In this document: one piece after another, positions 14,272 to 15,891 of the stretch
How the letters are laid out: every line of letters begins with the position of its first letter
Numbering within the stretch: position 1 is the stretch's first letter
Source of the DNA: a virus
IMG/VR virus record: IMGVR_UViG_3300045988_177307
Direction: 5' to 3' (one strand)
Length of the DNA stretch: 15,891 nt
Made by a program: the position numbers and the translations under genes
Notes under the pieces: model-generated
The model's database searches: none
What the model saw: the letters and a program-made list of their open reading frames with translations, nothing else
Told to the model about the DNA's origin: nothing

Positions 14272-15312
14272 TTAATTGTATGACAGGCACTTTAAAATCG
14301 CCTGTTTACACTCAAGGTCTTTAAACCGAAATGCCCCGTTGACAAAGTAATTACGGAGGCGGTCTTTTAAAACGCCAGCGCCGCCAATTAAGGTGTGGTC
14401 AATGCAGTGGTCCGATATGCTCGCCGAGATGCGCACAGGATAGCTTGCATCTACCGCTCGGTCACAGTACAAGATACCGTCAGCGTCGTACTGCCATAAG
14501 CCAAAGTCGGTGTTGTTGTTGCGGATAGTGGCAACATATCGACCACGACCAATTGGACGGGCAATAAAAGCAGTGTTATCGTTAAGGTATACACCTTCGG
14601 CGGCAAAGTCAGTGTAACAGGTTTTGGCAAAAGCTCTGTTAAAAGCACTTTGCTGTTGTGCTTGGGACGCATACTCATTAAAATTACGCTCTAAGACCCA
14701 GCCGTCGCCACGCAAAAACTTTGTTTGAGAGTTAAGACGTCCGGTAATGCCAAGTGTGTTATAGTACGGGTTAAGCAAGCTGACACTGTTACTGCACATA
14801 AAAACCGGCACATACCGTACCATCTTGTGTTCAGCACGGGCTATTGATGTGTGAATGCTGTTAAGCTTTTTAAGCTCATCGGGTACATACACATTAGTCT
14901 CTGTCTGTATCTCGTCAAAAAACATTGAGGTCGCATCGCAAAAAAGCTGAGAGCGCTTTTTGATGTACTCGCAAGAGTTTATTGGCACAACGTATCCGCA
15001 GGCAATATCGTTAAGGTAGATTTCAGCATATTTTTTCTCAACAATTTTTTGTGTCATGTCGTACATGTCAAAGTATAAGTTATGTACAGTCTTAAAAAAG
15101 GCGTTTGTGTAGTCGGGTAGCTCATTCTGCCAGCGGACGAGGCAAACAAACTTTTCGCCTTTTTGTAAAAATCTGTTAATCAGATAATGAGCAAAGTAAG
15201 TCGTTTTACCAGCAGTACGGTTACTCTCGACGATGTATATTTCTGGGCGTTTGCCGTTGATGTCAACGCTGGACAGTAAGCGGTCGCCAGTGTAAAAAAT
15301 TGGTTTTGGCAT
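14272..15312 (-). CDS. DNA packaging (encapsidation) ATPase, phi29 gp16-like
   Basis: The start was moved to the ATG at 15312 (MPKPIFYTG...), 6 nt after GGAGG. Walker A is NRTAGKTT and Walker B is MFFDEI. The blocks INRFLQKGEKFVCLVRW, CSNSVSLLNPYY and FVNGAFRFKD parallel phi29 gp16 (INRFIKYGEQFIYVRRY, LSNAVSVVNPYF, FMNGYLRFDN). Confidence 0.93.
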   Translation of the reverse strand: MPKPIFYTGDRLLSSVDINGKRPEIYIVESNRTAGKTTYFAHYLINRFLQKGEKFVCLVRWQNELPDYTNAFFKTVHNLYFDMYDMTQKIVEKKYAEIYLNDIACGYVVPINSCEYIKKRSQLFCDATSMFFDEIQTETNVYVPDELKKLNSIHTSIARAEHKMVRYVPVFMCSNSVSLLNPYYNTLGITGRLNSQTKFLRGDGWVLERNFNEYASQAQQQSAFNRAFAKTCYTDFAAEGVYLNDNTAFIARPIGRGRYVATIRNNNTDFGLWQYDADGILYCDRAVDASYPVRISASISDHCIDHTLIGGAGVLKDRLRNYFVNGAFRFKDLECKQAILKCLSYN

Positions 15313-15420
15313 TTTAAGCCTCCGTATAGTGACGCACGCCCAGTTGGCGCTGGGCGTGGTCGAAAAGAAAAACAAAGGATAAGGGTAATATGAAAAAATG
15401 TCAATCCTGTTGACACTTGT

Positions 15421-15449
15421 ATTATAGCATAGGACTGGAAATCAATCAA
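15421..15449 (-). promoter_or_regulatory. Sigma-A-type promoter upstream of the packaging ATPase
   Basis: On the - strand there is a -35 TTGATT (15449..15444), a 17-nt spacer, and an extended -10 TGcTATAAT (15429..15421). This is the same design as the two terminal promoters. The ~100-nt leader contains the 8-bp hairpin at 15336..15357. Confidence 0.55.
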
Positions 15450-15468
15450 TACCTTGCAAAGTCAAGTA

Positions 15469-15711
15469 TTAATCAAAACACACCGAAATATCCACGCGGT
15501 CAAGTTTAAGCCAAGGGTAGCGATTGTTAAAAGCTGTCACCACAGTTGACAACGGTAAGTCGGATTTGCTTGCAAAGTAATGTTCGGCGTAGCCGTTTTC
15601 AGATGTGTGCGAGAACACATGGTATCCTTGCCAGCCGTGAGAGTAGTAATAATCTCTATCGTTCTCGTGTATCTGCACAAGCTCACGCAGATACTTTTTA
15701 GTGTCGGGCAT
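15469..15711 (-). CDS. Hypothetical right-end protein (80 aa)
   Basis: An RBS (AAAGGAGATGAGAGA) precedes the ATG. This is the first gene downstream of the right terminal promoter. I recognise no family signature. Confidence 0.6.
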   Translation of the reverse strand: MPDTKKYLRELVQIHENDRDYYYSHGWQGYHVFSHTSENGYAEHYFASKSDLPLSTVVTAFNNRYPWLKLDRVDISVCFD

Positions 15712-15732
15712 TCTCTCATCTCCTTTTGCATT

Positions 15733-15762
15733 AGTATAGCATAGTCAGCTGTGTTAAATCAA
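15733..15762 (-). promoter_or_regulatory. Right terminal sigma-A-type promoter (P_R)
   Basis: On the - strand the -35 TTGATT (15762..15757) is the innermost 6 nt of ITR-R. An 18-nt spacer follows, then an extended -10 TGcTATACT (15741..15733). It mirrors P_L. Confidence 0.6.
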
Positions 15763-15891
15763 TAGCTTGAGTTGTATAGTATTGAGAATGTTCTATGTGG
15801 AACAGTGATATACTGTGTTGTGTATAGTATGGTGGTGATAAGGTATTGGCGGTTAGGGGGAACTAACTAATTGACTTTATCCCTATCAACA
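15757..15891. repeat. Right inverted terminal repeat (ITR-R)
   Basis: It is the exact reverse complement of 1..135. Confidence 0.95.
15787..15804 (+). promoter_or_regulatory. ITR copy of the 18-nt near-palindromic motif AATGTTCTATGTGGAACA
   Basis: It is the mirror copy of 88..105 and a 17/18 match to 8419..8436. Confidence 0.45.

Larger units (their letters stand above)
1..15891. mobile_element. Complete linear genome of a phi29-like, protein-primed podophage, running ITR to ITR
   Basis: Perfect 135-bp terminal inverted repeats sit at both window ends. Between them lie phi29-type DNA polymerase, a terminal-protein candidate, capsid, tail knob, connector and gp16-type ATPase genes. There are no integrase or host genes. 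Confidence 0.85.

Noticed and set aside
11336-15731. Track ORFs 11336..11554(-), 12672..12950(-), 13195..13431(-), 13704..13886(-), 14451..14678(-), 15180..15449(-) and 15537..15731(-).
   Set aside because: They are antisense to, or out of frame with, the TP candidate, polymerase, ATPase or 80-aa gene. They have no RBS. The ORF at 15180..15449 would also run across the ATPase promoter and leader.
1-15891. The ITR-bounded element as a transposon, casposon, polinton-like element or linear plasmid rather than a phage.
   Set aside because: There is no transposase, integrase or Cas1. A complete phi29-type virion module (capsid, scaffold, connector, tail knob, appendage, packaging ATPase) and a lysis cassette are present.

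Overview
The window appears to be a complete linear genome (15,891 bp) of a small phi29-like podophage that replicates by protein priming. The host is probably a Firmicute, judging from GGAGG-type ribosome binding sites, a BhlA/UviB-type holin, a SPOR-domain amidase and a SpoVG-like protein. The first 135 nt are the exact reverse complement of the last 135 nt, forming inverted terminal repeats (ITRs).

Reading left to right on the + strand:
- A terminal promoter straddles the ITR boundary.
- It is followed by a lysis cassette (holin, amidase).
- The morphogenesis genes follow in phi29 order: scaffold, major capsid with a Big_2 domain, tail knob gp9, connector gp10, lower collar, and a beta-helix appendage/tailspike.
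- A strong terminator ends this block.
- Two small early operons follow, each preceded by a nearly identical ~100-nt promoter/operator/leader cassette.
- The second operon runs through a compact DNMT3-like C5-cytosine methyltransferase, a hairpin-dense ~190-nt noncoding spacer, a SpoVG-fold protein, a terminal-protein candidate and a phi29-type family-B DNA polymerase.

The right arm is read from the - strand. A mirror-image terminal promoter drives an 80-aa gene, and a third promoter of the same design drives the gp16-like packaging ATPase. That gene converges on the polymerase gene across a G+C-rich noncoding spacer.

I found no tRNA, rRNA, CRISPR array, integrase or transposase.

The most interesting items are:
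- the duplicated operator-bearing early cassette;
- an 18-nt palindromic ITR motif that recurs once internally, at the late/early boundary;
- two structured noncoding regions that are candidates for a pRNA-like or regulatory RNA;
- a SpoVG-fold protein sitting in the replication module;
- the DNMT3-like orphan methyltransferase.

All homology statements come from reading the translations against family signatures recalled from memory. No searches were run.
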